The notes: a model not told the origin generated them from the letters alone. Positions 13,086 to 27,170 are shown, counted from the stretch's first letter. The stretch is DNA of 64,000 nucleotides from the human T2T-CHM13v2.0 reference genome, Homo sapiens (GCF_009914755.1 NC_060944.1); one strand, 5' to 3'. Numbers and translations: made by a program.

Positions 13086-13124
13086 ATATACAGATTCTTT
13101 TTATCACTCCCAAAGGTTCCCTTG

Positions 13125-13284
13125 CATGCCGCCAGGCCTGGCTAATTTTTTAAAAATATTTTTGGCAGAGACAGGATTTCACCATGTTGCCCAGGCTGAT
13201 CTTGAACTCCTGAGCTCAAGCTATCCACCTTTCTTGGCCTCCCAAAGTGCTGGAATTACATGTGTGAGCCATTGCACCTGGCCA
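13125..13284 (-). mobile_element. Truncated Alu (left arm and linker only)
   Basis: 'ggctaattttt...gagacaggatttcaccatgttgcccaggctg...gtgagccattgcacctggcc'; right arm and tail absent. Confidence 0.85.
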
Positions 13285-16200
13285 AATGCCTCCTTTTTCA
13301 TTTCCGGTTTTTATTTATTTGATCCTCTCTCTTTTTTTCTTAATCTGGCTAAAGGTTTATTGATTTTGTTTATCTTTTGAAACCTAACTTTTAATTTTGT
13401 TGATCTTTTTTATCTTTTTTTGTTTGTTTCATTTATTTCTGCTCTGATCTTTATTATTTCTCTTCGTCTACTAATTATGGGTTTGGTTGGCTCTTACTTT
13501 TCTAATTCTTTAAGATGTATTGTTAGGTTGTGTATTTGAAGTTTTTCTACTTTTTTGTTGTAGGTGCTTATTGCTATGAACTTTCCTCTTAATACTGCTT
13601 TTGTTGTATCCCATAAATTTTGGTATGTTGTGTTTCCATTTTCATTTGCTTCAGACTGTTTTAATTTCTTTCTTAATTTCTTCATTGGCCCACTGGTTAT
13701 TCAAGAGCATATTGTTTAATTTCTGTTTGAATAGTTTCTGGAATTCCTCTTGTTATTGATTTCTAGTTTTTTTCCATTGTGATCAGAGAAGATACTTGAC
13801 AGAATTTCAGTTTTCTTGTATTTTTAAAGAATTGTTTTGTGGCCTAACACATGAACTATTCTTGAGAATGACCCATGTGCTAAGGAGAAGAATGTGTATT
13901 CTGCAGCTTTTGGATGATATGGTTTGTCACTATCTATTAAGTCCATTTAGTCTATACTGCAGATGAAGTTTGATGTTTGTTGATTTTCTGTCTGGATGTT
14001 TGATCCAGTGCTGAAAGTGGGGTGTTGAAGTCTCCAGCTTTTATTGGGATCTGTCTCTCCCTTTAGCTCTAATAATATTTGCTTTATCTATCTGGGTGCT
14101 CCAGTGTTGGGTGCATATATATTTATAATTGTTATATTCTTTTGCTGAATGGGTCCCTTTACCGTTATGTAATGACCTTCTTTGTCTCTTGGTCTAATTT
14201 TTGTCTTGCTATCTATTTTGTCTGATTTAAGTCCAGTTCCTCTTGCTCTCTTTTGGTTTTCATTTGCATAGAATATCTTTTTCCATCCTTTTATTTTCAG
14301 CCTATATGTGTCTTCATAGGTGAAGTGTGTTTCTTGTAGGCAATGGATTGTTGAGTCCCATTTTTTTAATCCATTCAGCCACTCTATATCTTGTGACTGG
14401 AGAGTTTCGTCCATTTATATTCCATATTATTATTGATAAGTAAGGACTTAATCCTGCCATTTTGTTATTTGTTTTCTGGTTGTTTTGTGGTGTTTCCTTC
14501 TCTTTGTGAAGGTGATTTTCTCATATGGTATGTTTTAGTTTCTTGCATTTTATTGTTTGTGTATCTGTTGCATGTCTCTTGACATTACCATGAGGCTTGC
14601 AAATACTATTTAATAACCCATTATTTTAAACTGATGACAGGCTTAACACTGATTGCAGAAACAAACTGACAAGCAAAGAGAAAACTAATAAAAACTCTAC
14701 ACTTTAACTTCACCCTTCCACTTTTTAACTTTTTGTTGTTTCTGTTTATATCTTATTATACGGTCTATGTCTTGAAAAGTTGTTGTAATTATTTTAATAG
14801 GTTCATCTTTTAGTCTTTCTGCTCAAGGTATGTGTAGTTTATACGCCACAATTACAGTGTTATAATATTCTGTGTTTTTCTGTGTACTTATGGTTACCAG
14901 TGGGTTTTGTACCTTCAGGTGATTTCTTATTGCTCATTGGCATCCTTTTCTTTCAGATTGAAGAACTACCTTTAGCATTTCTTGTAGGATGGGTCTGGTG
15001 TTGATGAAATCCCTCAGCTTTTGTTTGTCTGGGAAAGTCTTTATTTCTCCCTCATGTTTGGAGGATATTTTCACTAGATATACTATTCTAGGGTAAAATA
15101 TAGTTCCTTCAGCACTTTAAATATGTCATGCCACTCTTCCCCTTTAAATATGTCATGCCACTCTTCCCTGGCCTGTAAGGTTTCCACTGAGAAGTCTGCT
15201 GCCAGACATATTGGAACTCCATTGTATATATTATTTCTTTTCTCTTGCTGCTTTTAGGATCCTTTGTTTATCCTTGACATTTGGGAGTTTGGTTATTAAA
15301 TGCCTTGAGGTAGTCTTCTTTGGGTTAAATCTGCTTGATGGGGTTTTGTAACCTTTTGTTCTTGCATATTGATATCTTTCTCTAAGTTTGGGAAGTTCTC
15401 TCTGATTATCCCTTGGAAAAGACTTTCTACCCCAATATCTCTATCTCCTCTTTAAGGCCAGTAACTATTTGATTTGCCCTTTTGAGGCTATTGTCTAGAT
15501 CTTGTAGGTGTGCTTCGTTCTTTCTTATTCTTTTTTTCTTTTGTCTTTGACTGTATTTTCAAATAGCCTGTCTTCAAGCTTACTAATTCTTTCTTCTCCT
15601 TTATCAGTTCTGCTGTTAAGAGACTCTGATGCATTCTTCAGTATGTTGCATTTTTCTGCTTGATTCATTTTAACTATTTCAATATCCGTAAAATGTAATA
15701 GGATTTTGCGTTCCTTCTGTGTTATCTCAAATTTCATAAAGCTTCCTCAAAACGCTATTTTGAATTTTTTATCTGAAAGCTCACATATCTCTGTCTTGCT
15801 GGCATTGTCACTGGTCTCTTACTTAGTTCATTTGTTGAGGTCATGTTTTCTTGGACGGTCTTGATGCTTATGGATCTTTGTCGGTGTCTGGGCATTGAAG
15901 AGTTAGGTATTTATTGTAGTCTTTGCAGTCTGGGCTTGTTTGTATTCATCCTTCTTGGGAAGGCTTTCCAGGTATTTAGAGAGTCTTGGGTGTTGTGATT
16001 TAAGTCTTTGGTCACAGCAGCTGTGTCTGCATTAGGGGGCATCCCAAGCTCAGTAACACTCTGGCTCTTGTAGACTTGTAGAGGTACCACCTTGGTGGTG
16101 TTGGGTAAAATCGAAGAGAATTCCCTGGATTACTAGGCAGAAACTCTTGTTCTCTTCCCTGACTTTTCCCCAAACACGTGGAGTCTCTCTCTCTCTCTGT

Positions 16201-16540
16201 GCTGAGCTGCCTGGTGCTGGGGGAGGGGTGAGACAAGCAAGCACCACTGTGGCCACCACTGGGACTGTGCTGGGTCATTCCTGAAGCCAGCACAGCACTT
16301 GGTTTCACCCAAGGCTCACATTGACCACTGCCTGGCTGCTGCCTGTGTTCATTCATGGCCCAAAGGCTCTACAGTCAACAGGTGGCAAGTCCAGCCAGGC
16401 TTGTGTCCTTCCCTTCAGGACAGCAAGTTCCCCCCAGCCCCAGGCAGCTCTACAGATGCCATCTGAGAGCCAGAGCCTGGACTTGGGAACCTTAGAAATC
16501 TACCTGATGCTTTACTCTATTGCGACTGAGCTGGCACCAA
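13285..16540 (-). mobile_element. Degenerate L1 (L1M1/L1M2-like), 5' half: 5'UTR, ORF1 and ORF2 endonuclease region
   Basis: ORF fragments: 14088..14414 (CLQETH...KGWKKI...DKEGHYI...NIYAPNTGAP, L1 APE domain), 13494..13685 ([23 protein letters not shown]), 15525..15737 (ORF1 coiled coil EERISKLEDR); many stops and frameshifts. Confidence 0.92.
15115..15168. repeat. Perfect 27-bp tandem duplication (CTTTAAATATGTCATGCCACTCTTCCC x2)
   Basis: Read directly: 15115-15141 is identical to 15142-15168. Confidence 0.95.
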
Positions 16541-16595
16541 TTGGATTTGTTTTTTTTGGAGGGCATCTTTTTTTAGAGAACCAACTCTTGGTTTT

Positions 16596-16690
16596 GATAT
16601 AAATATGCATATGTATGTGTGTACATATATATATATATGCATATATGTGTGATATAAATATGCATATGTGTATTTGTATATATATGGTCT
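16596..16690. repeat. (TA/TG)-rich low-complexity repeat
   Basis: atatatat/gtgt runs with 'gatataaatatgcatatgt' occurring twice. Confidence 0.8.
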
Positions 16691-17198
16691 ACAATGCTTG
16701 TAGCATTTTGTATATTTGTATACCTTTCCCCCGCCTTTAATTCTTTTTTTCTACTTTTTTGTTTATTCTGTTGCCCTTTTTCCAAGTTTGTGAGTTAAAC
16801 GCTTAATGCTTTAAAAAATAATTCTCTTATTTAAAAATAAAAACATTTCAGGTTAAAAAATCTCCTTTTAATATTGCTTAGTTTTATTCTCTATTCCCAA
16901 GTGATTAAGTCTTATTTTCCTATTACATTAACAGAAAATAGAGGCTATAAAATACATTTCTGAATTTGAGATTTTGTTTGTGGCCTTATACTTGGGTAGT
17001 TTTTATAAATATTCCGTGAACATTTGAATAGAATTTGTGTTTCTAGGGTATAAAGTACTATAATTATAACATAAATCAACTTTGTAAACATATTCCGTTC
17101 TTTTCTGTCCTTTTTATCCCCTAATTTGTTTAGTCTCTAACTATGGTTGTGGATTTTTTTTTTTCTGTTTCTTCTGATCCTTCCTATATCCTTAGCAT

Positions 17199-17356
17199 TT
17201 TTTTTTTTTTTAAGAGACAGGATTCCACTATGTTGCCCAGGCTGAAGTGCAGTGGCTGTTCACAGGAGGCAATCACAGTGCACTGCAGCGTTGAAGTCTT
17301 GGGATATGATGATCCTTCCAAGTAGCTGAGATTATAGGCACCTGCTACCACACACC
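17199..17356 (-). mobile_element. FAM (fossil Alu monomer)
   Basis: Contains the FAM/7SL-type segment 'gcagtggctgttcacagg...atcacagtgcactgcagc' that is absent from dimeric Alus. Confidence 0.8.
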
Positions 17357-17399
17357 TTTACTTTTTATGTCATTTTGTGTTACGTGTAACTCTTGTTAA

Positions 17400-17716
<317 letters not shown>

Positions 17717-20700
17717 CATAACTGTGTTTTTTAATCCAGCGTGAAAGTTTGTCTTTCAGTAGATGAATTTAACTATTTGATTTTATAGTAATTACGTTTA
17801 GCCCTTTTCCTGTTTGTTTTATGGTTTCCTTGGTTGTTTTATTGTTTTGTCTTATCTTTTTTTCACTTCCATTATTTTCCTTCTTCTTTGGAGATTTGGA
17901 AAATACTATTCTTTCTATTAGTGATTACCTTTAGTTTTTTAGAAATGTGGCTTTATTTCTTTGTCTATGAACGTTTGAAATTGTTTCTAGTCCCCTCAAG
18001 ATCTGGCCTCTGCCTCATCCTCCTACTGCCATCTCTTTCATTCTTTCCTTTCTGCACATTTACATTCCACTCTCTAAACCAAACTATTTTAGATCCCTTG
18101 ACACATTTTGTTATTATTATTATTTTGATGACTCACTTTTGATGTTTAGGCTTAAACTTCTCTAAGCAGCCATTTTCTTCCATGTCTCTTCCCCCACGTC
18201 TGTCCTCACATCCCCACCCCTAAGTTTTGAAGGTTGGGTGCTAGCATCCTTTGCTGCCTCTGTCAGAGCACTTTCTGCACCATGCATGGTAAGTTGTACG
18301 GCTGTGTCTTCAATTGTACTGTAATACTTTTCAGAGTAGAGACAGAGTCTTCTTCCTCTGTATCTCCAGTATCTAGCAAAAGATACACCTTTGGTTTTCT
18401 GTGTTTGGTTTCTTAATTTTCTAAATTAATGAGAAACATTTTGCTGTTTAGGATCATTGGCCCACGGAATTTTTGGCAAACCGTGTTCATAGACCCAAAG
18501 GAAGAGGAGTTAAAAAGCCTGTTGCCGAGAACTCAGTCTCTTGCCTGAACATATTTAGTTCTGTTTTCCCTGTCAAATTTTTCAGTGCATGGAAAGCACA
18601 AAACGGGGCCATAGTGTGTTGTAATCCTGATCTTGAGGCTCAGGGGAGGCTAGGAGTCCACTCGAGTCCTGGGCTCCTGCCCTGTTTGGCCTGTGCCCAT
18701 GCTGGGCTTCAGAACAGAAGCTGCATAAGCTCCCCAAATGAGCTTATTCTCCTTTGCCTTTCAACTCTCTTCTTCCGTTATCCTCCCAGGTATTTAGGAT
18801 TATATTAGGTTTTCAGTTCTTATCACCTTTCTTCTCAAGGTTCTAAGAAGTCCTTCATGCAGATTTGTAGTCTCTGAGCTTTCATTTCCAGGAGCTGTTT
18901 GTGAAGCACTATTACCTACTCGCCCTTACCTCACAGCCCTCTCTCCTCTAGTTTTCCCTGTCACACAGGTGACTTTTCTCCATTCCTGTGTTCAAACTGT
19001 CTGGATTTCACAGTGCTTGACAGAATCAATAAGAAGAAAAGCTTTCTTGTTTTTCTCTCTTTGCCAAAGGACAGATGAAGACATCTTGGAAAAGAAGAAA
19101 AGATTGTTGAGGTGATGTTTAAAAGTGGAACTCGTGCTGTGAAGAAAGCAGCGGGTAGCCATCCTAGAGTACAGGAACCAAAAAAAAAGAAAAGGAATTT
19201 CTCATTTGCTCACATTAGTGTCTTGATAAATGAAAAGAAAAGATGAGGTAAGGGTGGAAGACGCAGAACCTCTCAAGCAGTGGACAACTGTGTACTGAAA
19301 GGCGGAGAGGACCAGAGTCTCTGATGTAGAAGGAAATGCTCCTTTGTGCATCGGGCAGCTCAGCCTGCTTCTTTCAGTTGGATAGTCAACAGTTAGGTTA
19401 CAGTAAGGATGTTTGGATGGTCTTTGGTGAGCAGCAGAAGAATTAACATATGAACATGAATGAAGTGGTAGTTTTGTAGTCTGTGATGTTTGAGAGTAAA
19501 ATAAAATTCAGAAAAGTCACAATTTATTGTGCTGTTTAACAAAGTGATCAGATTCAGAGGTTCCAATCCACAAAAATAAGACAAAATTATACTTACCTGG
19601 GGTGGCCATTTTAGAATTAGTCAGGAAATGAGGATGGAACTGTAACAGTGCCCTCATTGTCCCTGGAGGGAGACTGGTTTGCCACTTCCGTTTCTTTGTT
19701 ACAGATACCTCTCTTTGGTAAGATGGTTGCTACAAATAGAAGATTCCAATATATCAGGTTTAATTATAGCCTGCACTCTAAATCATTTGCTTCTTGCCAC
19801 CACAAAGCACTTTTTAACAGTATGTCCTTGTATCAGAATACTTCAATGTTCTGTAAGGAGCAACAGAGCCAGTGGGAGACAAAAGAATTATATTGTCAGT
19901 TTCCTTGAAAATGTTGACATGAAGCTTATTACTTCTGCTGTAAAACCCTGTTCCAGTTAGAAAGAGAAGAGACCACTGTGATCCCAGGGGATGTGTACAA
20001 ATGCAGCTTTGGGTTATGTAGCATAAATACAGTGAACCCATCTTGGTTATTAACTGTAAAGGCAAAAAGAGAAATAGGAGGATACACAGCCACATCTGTT
20101 CCAGGAACCACCAGTTTTTGTTGTTGTTGTTGTTCTAAGGTTTTCAATAAGATTTTCCTTACCCTAAAGAAAAATGTCTCTGATAAAGAAAACAAATAAA
20201 ATGGCAATGGTATAATATGTGCAGAGTAAGTTTTCGCAGGCCCAATTCTGGACTGTGAGCTTGTGGCAAAGCATATAGATAGGCCAGCCTGGGGAACTTT
20301 GGATTTTTATTCCCTTGTTCTTTTCCTTACTCTACTTTGCTTTTGTTCCTAATGAACATCGGAAGGTCCAAACAATATGGCATTTTATTCTTGTCATCCT
20401 TTACATTTTTTAAGAACTAGAGTCTTTTCTTCTAACCTCCAGTCTCCCAGGATTCAAGTGCAAAAGCAAAATTATAATGGAAATCTTTTAGAAGTCAGCT
20501 GTGCTTCTTGATGGGGCCGTATACAGGTTGTGTTCCAAGCTGCACATGCAGATCTTGCTTGTTTGTCTAACAAGGAGCATTCTCTTTCCTCTTCAAGTTT
20601 AATATTACCATTCTCCCTTAGATGGATAGTGGTAGTTTGCACCTGTTCTCTAGGAACCAGAAAAATACTCCAAAACACAAAGTAATCCTTCCAACAGTCC

Positions 20701-21677
20701 TCCAGGCTGGCGTTACCTTTTAATAAATGGGAAAGTGCTGTGGCAAAGAAGGTAGATAAACTGAATCAAGATTACCGGGCAGGAAGTGGTGTAAGGCCTG
20801 TCTGAGCCCTGCCATCAGACCTCATAGCTATTCATCATTCCAGTGTAGTTTAAATCGCACATATTTAAAGTATACAATTTGGCGAATTTTGCAATATGTA
20901 TAGACCCATCATACCCCCACTGCAAGCATGACAGTGAACATATTTGTCACACCCAAATGTTTCTTTGTGCCCCTTTGTAATTCTCTCCCCCTACCTCAGT
21001 GTCTTCAGGCAACCATTGATTTGCCTTCTGTCCATTATGTATTAGTTTGCATTTTCTAGAATTTTATGTAAATGGAGTCATACAGTGTGTTCCTTTTTTT
21101 GGTCTGACCTATTTCACTCACTGTAATTATTTTGAGATTCGTCCATGTTGTGTATCAATAATTAGTTCCTTTTTCACTGCTGAGTAGCACTCCATTATAT
21201 GGATATATTGCAGTTTGTTTATTCACTTGTTGAAGGATATTTGGGTTTTCAGTTTTTTGCTCTTATGAATAATTCTGCAGTGAGCTTTCATGTGCAAATC
21301 TTTGGGCAGACATTGTAAATTGCTCTTAGGTAAATACTTAGTTAAATTGCTGGGTCATATGTTAGGTATACAGTTAACTTTTTAAGGCACTGCCATACTG
21401 TTTACAAAATGGTTATAGCATTTTAAAATTCCACAGCAGTGTGTGAGAGTTCCAGTTGCTGCACATGGAGCAGTATAGTCAGTCTTTTTTGTCTTAGCCA
21501 TAGTTTTAATTTGCTTTTCCCTCATGACTAATGATGTCAGGTGTCCTTCATGTCCAAATTTGCCATCCATATATCTTTTTTGGTGATATCTCTTCAAATC
21601 TTTTGTCCATTTTGGGGGTAAGGGGTTATTTGTCTTATTGAATTTTAATAGTTCTTTATATATTATATGGTTTATAT

Positions 21678-21972
21678 CAGAGGTTACCCCCTCAGCCCCA
21701 GAATGCACAGCAGAAGGTGAGCGGCAGGTGAGTGAGCATTACTGCCTGAGCTCTGCCTCCTATAAGGTCAGCAGTGGCATTAGATTCTCATAGGAGTGCA
21801 GATCCCATTGTGAACTGCGCGTGCGAGCGATCTAAGTTGTGCACCCCTTATGAGAATCTAATGCCTTATGATCTGAGATGGAACAGTTTCATCCTGAAAT
21901 CATCCCCTGCCCCGTGGAAAAACTATCTTCCACTAAACTGGTCCCTGGTGCCAAAACGGTTGGGGAACACTG
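21678..21972 (+). mobile_element. MER1B hAT-Charlie MITE
   Basis: 'gcacagcagaaggtgagcggc...gcattagattctcataggag...ggtccctggtgccaaaacggttgggga'; 8-bp TSD (g/a)tttatat at 21670 and 21973. Confidence 0.88.
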
Positions 21973-22427
21973 ATTTATATCATGTAAGACCTACACATCT
22001 TACAGATATTTTCTCCCAGTTCATGTCTTGCTTTTCATAACACTCTTTTGAAAATTTTTCAGTTTTGATGGAGTATAATTTTTTATTTGTTCCAGTAGTC
22101 TTTTTCTGTTGGTGTCATTGAAGATATTTATTCATTTTGTCTGTTGTCAAACTTACTGGCAAAAAGATGTTCATAAATATTCTCTTATTATCCTTTTAAA
22201 ATCAGTAGAATCTGTATTTGATGTGCTCTTATTTTTGATGTTAGTAATCTGTGCCTATTTTTCTCTGATCAGTGTGGCTAGAGGCTTATCAGTTTTATTG
22301 ATCTCAAAATATCAGTTTTTGTTTTCATTGTTTTTCTGTTTCCGATTTCAGTGATTTCTGCTCTGGTCAGTATTTTTTTTCCCTCTCTTTCTCTCTGTGT
22401 GTTTGTGCGTGTATTTGTGTGTGTGTG

Positions 22428-22545
22428 TTTGAGATCAGTTCTCGCTACATTGCCCAGGCTGACCTCTAACTCCCGGACTCAAAAGATCCTCCTGCCTCAG
22501 CCTCCTAAGTAGCTGGGACTGTAGGAATGCACCATGATGCTGGGC
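22428..22545 (-). mobile_element. FLAM-type Alu monomer with (TG)n tail
   Basis: Single ~120-bp monomer 'ttgcccaggctgacctctaactcc...gatcctcctgcctcagcctcctaagtagctgggact'. Confidence 0.75.
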
Positions 22546-22611
22546 TTTTAATCTTCATTATTTATTTTCTTTACATTACTCAGTGTTTAATTTGCTATTC
22601 TTTTTCCTACA

Positions 22612-22842
22612 AACTGCTCCAAAATCTGAAACTTTTTGAACATCAACATGATCTTCAAAGGAAATGCTCGTTGGAGCATTTTGAATTTTAGATTTTCTGA
22701 TTAGGGATGCTCAACCAGTATAATGCAAATATTGCAAAACTGGAAAAAAAATCAAAATTTGGAACACTACTTGTTCCAAGCATTTCGAAGGGATACTCAA
22801 AGGATACCCCTAAGGGATACCCCTAAGGGATACTCAACCTGT
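22612..22842 (-). mobile_element. Tigger4a/MER46 MITE
   Basis: 'tgctccaaaatctgaaactttttga', 'gattagggatgctcaacc', TIR end 'gggatactcaacctg|ta'. Confidence 0.8.
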
Positions 22843-23560
22843 AGGTGTTTACTGCTATAAATTTCCCTCTAATTGCTACTTTAGCTGTGTCATATAGATT
22901 TTGATATGCTGTATTTTTATCTTTATTCAATTCAAAATATTAATTTCTTTTCTGATTCATCTTTGACCAATGAGTTATTTAGAAGTATGTTGTTTAGTTT
23001 CCAAGTATTTGGGAATTTTCTGAGTATCTTTCTGTTACTGATTTCTACTTTCATACCATTCATTGTGGTCAGAGAACATACTTTGATTTCAGCCTTTCAA
23101 AATTTATTAAGACTTGTTTTTGGCCCAGAATACATTCTTATGTTGCTAAATATTGTATACTTGAATATGTATTTGCTGTTGTTGGGTGGAATGCTTTATA
23201 AATGTCAAATAGGTTAAGTTGCTGATCATGTTGTTCAAATCGTCTATATTTGTACAGATTTCCTGTCTTATTCTATCGATTATTGAGAGAAGAATATTGA
23301 AACCTCTGACTGTAATTCGGGATATGTCTATTTTTCCTTTCAGTTCTATCAGCTTTTGCTTCATATATTTTGAGTTCTTTTAGCTGCTTAAACTTATAGA
23401 ATTATATGTTCTTTTGTTTAATCGACCCTTTTATTATTATGAAAATAACTTTCTTTATCCCTGGTAATGTTCTTTGATCTGAAATCTACTTTGTTTTATA
23501 TTAATATAGCCACTACAACTTTCTCTTAATTAGTGCTAACGCATGGTATCTTTTACCTTC

Positions 23561-23710
23561 TGTTATGAACTAAACTGTGACCCTCTCCCCACCAAAATTC
23601 ATTTGTTGAATTTGGAGATAGGGCCTTTAAGAAGGTAATTAAGGTTAAATGAGGCCGTAAGAGTGGGACCCTAATCCAAAAAGAGGCACCAGAAGTGCAT
23701 GCACACACCT
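23561..23710 (+). mobile_element. MLT1 (MaLR) LTR fragment
   Basis: 'tgttatgaactaaactgtg...tttggagatagggcctttaagaaggtaattaaggttaaatgagg...gggaccctaatcca'. Confidence 0.75.
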
Positions 23711-23803
23711 GTGGGGTAAAACCTTATAGGAGTGAACTTCTATTTCTCTCTCCAGGTTTTTATGCTTCTATTGTCATACATTTTTATTTCAAAATGTTAT
23801 TAG

Positions 23804-24151
<348 letters not shown>

Positions 24152-24324
24152 AAGTGGTCAGTTATCTTTTTAAAAGAGATTTTTGAAAATAAAGAGAAAA
24201 AGTCTTTTATATTCACCCACTTATTTGCCATTTTCCTTGCTCTTCATTCCTTTGTGTAGATCCAGATTTCCATCCGGGGTCAGTTTCCTTCTGCCTAAAT
24301 GACTTCCTTTAACATCTCTGGTAA

Positions 24325-24873
<549 letters not shown>

Positions 24874-25207
24874 TGCCTTCATCTTTGAAATATATTTTCA
24901 CCAGGTATAGCTTTCTAAGTTGATAGGGTTTTTCTGGGAGTTTTTTTGTTTTTTTCCTTTCGGTACTCTTAGTTGCTCCACTGGCATCTGGCTTTCTTGG
25001 TTTTTGATGAGAAGTCTCCCATCATTCATATATGTGTTACTCTATTTGTAATTTGTCCCTTTTTTCTGGCTGTCTTTAGGATATTCTCTTTTTCATTGGT
25101 TTTGAGTTTATGTAGTTTTTTTCACGTCTCTGGTGTTTGAGGTTCGTTGAGCTACTTGGGTCTCTGGGTTTATAGTTTTCATCACAGGTGGAAATTTTTC
25201 AGTTATA

Positions 25208-25440
25208 ATTTTTTTTTTTTTTTTTGAGACAAGGTCCCTCTCTGTTGCCCAGGCTGGCATGCAGTGATGCAGTCTCAGCTCACTGAAGCCTCTGCCTCCT
25301 CCTCTACCTCTTGGGTGCAAATGATCCTCCCACCTCAGCCTTCCAAGTAGCTGGGACTACACAGGCATGCACCACTGTGCCCAGCTAATTTAAAAAAAAT
25401 ATTTTTAGTAGAAATACAGTTTTGCCATGTTGCCCAGTTG
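25208..25440 (-). mobile_element. 5'-truncated AluJ
   Basis: Right arm plus partial left arm; TSD cagttata(a/g)ttt at ~25200 and ~25443. Confidence 0.8.
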
Positions 25441-26719
25441 GACAGTTATAGTTTTCAAACATTTTTCCTGCCCCCATCCACCTTTAAGGGAGTATAATGG
25501 TATGTATATGATATAATTATAAATTGTGTATTATAAAATATGATTCCATGTATATTAGGCTATTTGAAATTTTCCAACCACAGTTCACTGATGATGTGTT
25601 CATTTTTTCCTGTATTCTTTTTCCTTTGTGTTTTATTTTGGACAGTTTCTGTCATTATGTCCTCAAGCTCAGTCTTTCGTTTCTTCTGCAGTGTTAATCT
25701 CATCTACTGTATTTTTCCTCTGTAGCTGCTCAGTTTGGTCTTTTCTTCTATGTTTTTAGTTAACATGCTGACGCTTTTCTCGACTTTCTTCATTTTACGT
25801 ATCAATTGTAGTTATAATTATGCTTTTACTGTCTTTGTCTTCTAATTCTGTCACCTGTGTTATTTTTACTGATGATTTTTTTTCTCCTCTCTGTGGGTCA
25901 CATGTTCCTTCTTTGAATCCCTAGTAATTTTTTATGGAAATTCAAATATTGTGAATTTTACCTTGTTAGATGTTGAATTTTTTTTTTTTTTTTTGGAAGG
26001 GTATTTCTGTAAATGTTCTGGAGCTTTGTTCTAAGATACAAAGTTACTTGGAAATAGTTTGGTCCTTTTGAGACTTACTTTTAAGCTCTGTTAGGCAGGA
26101 CCAGATTAGTCTATGGCTAATAATGCCTCGCTACTGAAGCACTACTCATCTTACTACTCCGCCAGGTGCACTGTGAATTAATAAGACTTTTCTACTGTAA
26201 CTGGTGGGAATACAAACTATTCCTGGCCCTCCGTGAGCTCTGGGATTGTCTTTTCTTACTTCTCTTAGGCAGCTTCTCTCTGCAGTAGTGATTAGTTTCC
26301 TCACATGCTTGCGCTTGTCAGTTCTGGAGACTGGAAGGGGCCCTCTGCAGATCTCCGTGCAGCTCTCTGCTGTGAACTCTAGCTGCATTGCTCTGCCGGA
26401 CTCCTAGCTCTGTCTCCTCCCTTCTCTGAGGCCTGGAAACTTTCCAGGCAGTCAGTTGGGCTCATTGCATGTGTTACCCTCCTGATGTCAAGTGTCTAAA
26501 AACCATTGTTTTGTTCATCTTTTTTTTTTTTTTTTTAACTTTCAGGGTTAGGGAGGGTGTAAATCCAGTCCTTGTTACCCCATTTTGGCCCAGAGTGGAA
26601 GTCCAGCAGTATATGACACTTTTTAAGCTACATTTTCTTATTCTTTATTCCTGGTGGGTAGTAATGCAATTAACTTGTATATTGATCTTATATTTAGCAA
26701 CTTTGCTCTATCACATATC

Positions 26720-27045
26720 AGGCCTCAGTCATAACATGGTTATTTGTTGGAATAAGAAGCCCAAAATTTCAAGGACTTTCAATGACAGGTGTTTATTTTT
26801 CACTCATGGTTCATTCATCACTGGCCGTCAGAAGCTCAGCTCTACACCTTCTTTATTTCAGGACTCAGGCTGAAGGAGCAGTGCTTCATGGTACATGCCT
26901 GTCTCATGGTAGAGGGAAGAGACCGCATAATGCAATAAATCTTAAAACTTCTCCTCTGAAGTGCACATGTTACTTACATTCACGGTTTATTGGCTGTGCA
27001 CAGTCACATGGCCAAGTGTGAAGTCTGTGGCGGGCGGTGGGGGTG
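26720..27045 (-). mobile_element. Old MLT1 (J/K/L-type) MaLR LTR
   Basis: 'gtttatttttcactcatg', 'ggactcaggctgaaggagcag', 'tttattggc...agtcacatggccaag' motifs. Confidence 0.6.
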
Positions 27046-27053
27046 ATATGGGT

Positions 27054-27170
27054 AGTGATGTGTTGGAGCCGGCTCATGTAGGTTCATGAGAGCTGATGGT
27101 GCACATCTCTTCCTATCACTGCATTTAGTGATACCATATTAGTAACTTGAAATTGCCTGTGGTCGTATTT
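27054..27170 (+). mobile_element. MER63-type hAT fragment
   Basis: 'agtgatgtgttggagccggctc...gagagctgatggtgcacatctcttcc...gtaacttgaaat' resembles the MER63A 5' end. Confidence 0.7.

Noticed and set aside
13285-16540. L1 ORF1/ORF2 as active coding genes
   Set aside because: Fragmented by stops and frameshifts, and the RT domain is missing; a fossil.
19589-19610. U1 snRNA gene or pseudogene
   Set aside because: Identity ends after 12 nt; no further U1 body, Sm site or TSD.
22788-22843. CRISPR-like or other prokaryotic repeat array
   Set aside because: Eukaryotic intron; short tandem units without spacers, derived from a transposon end.
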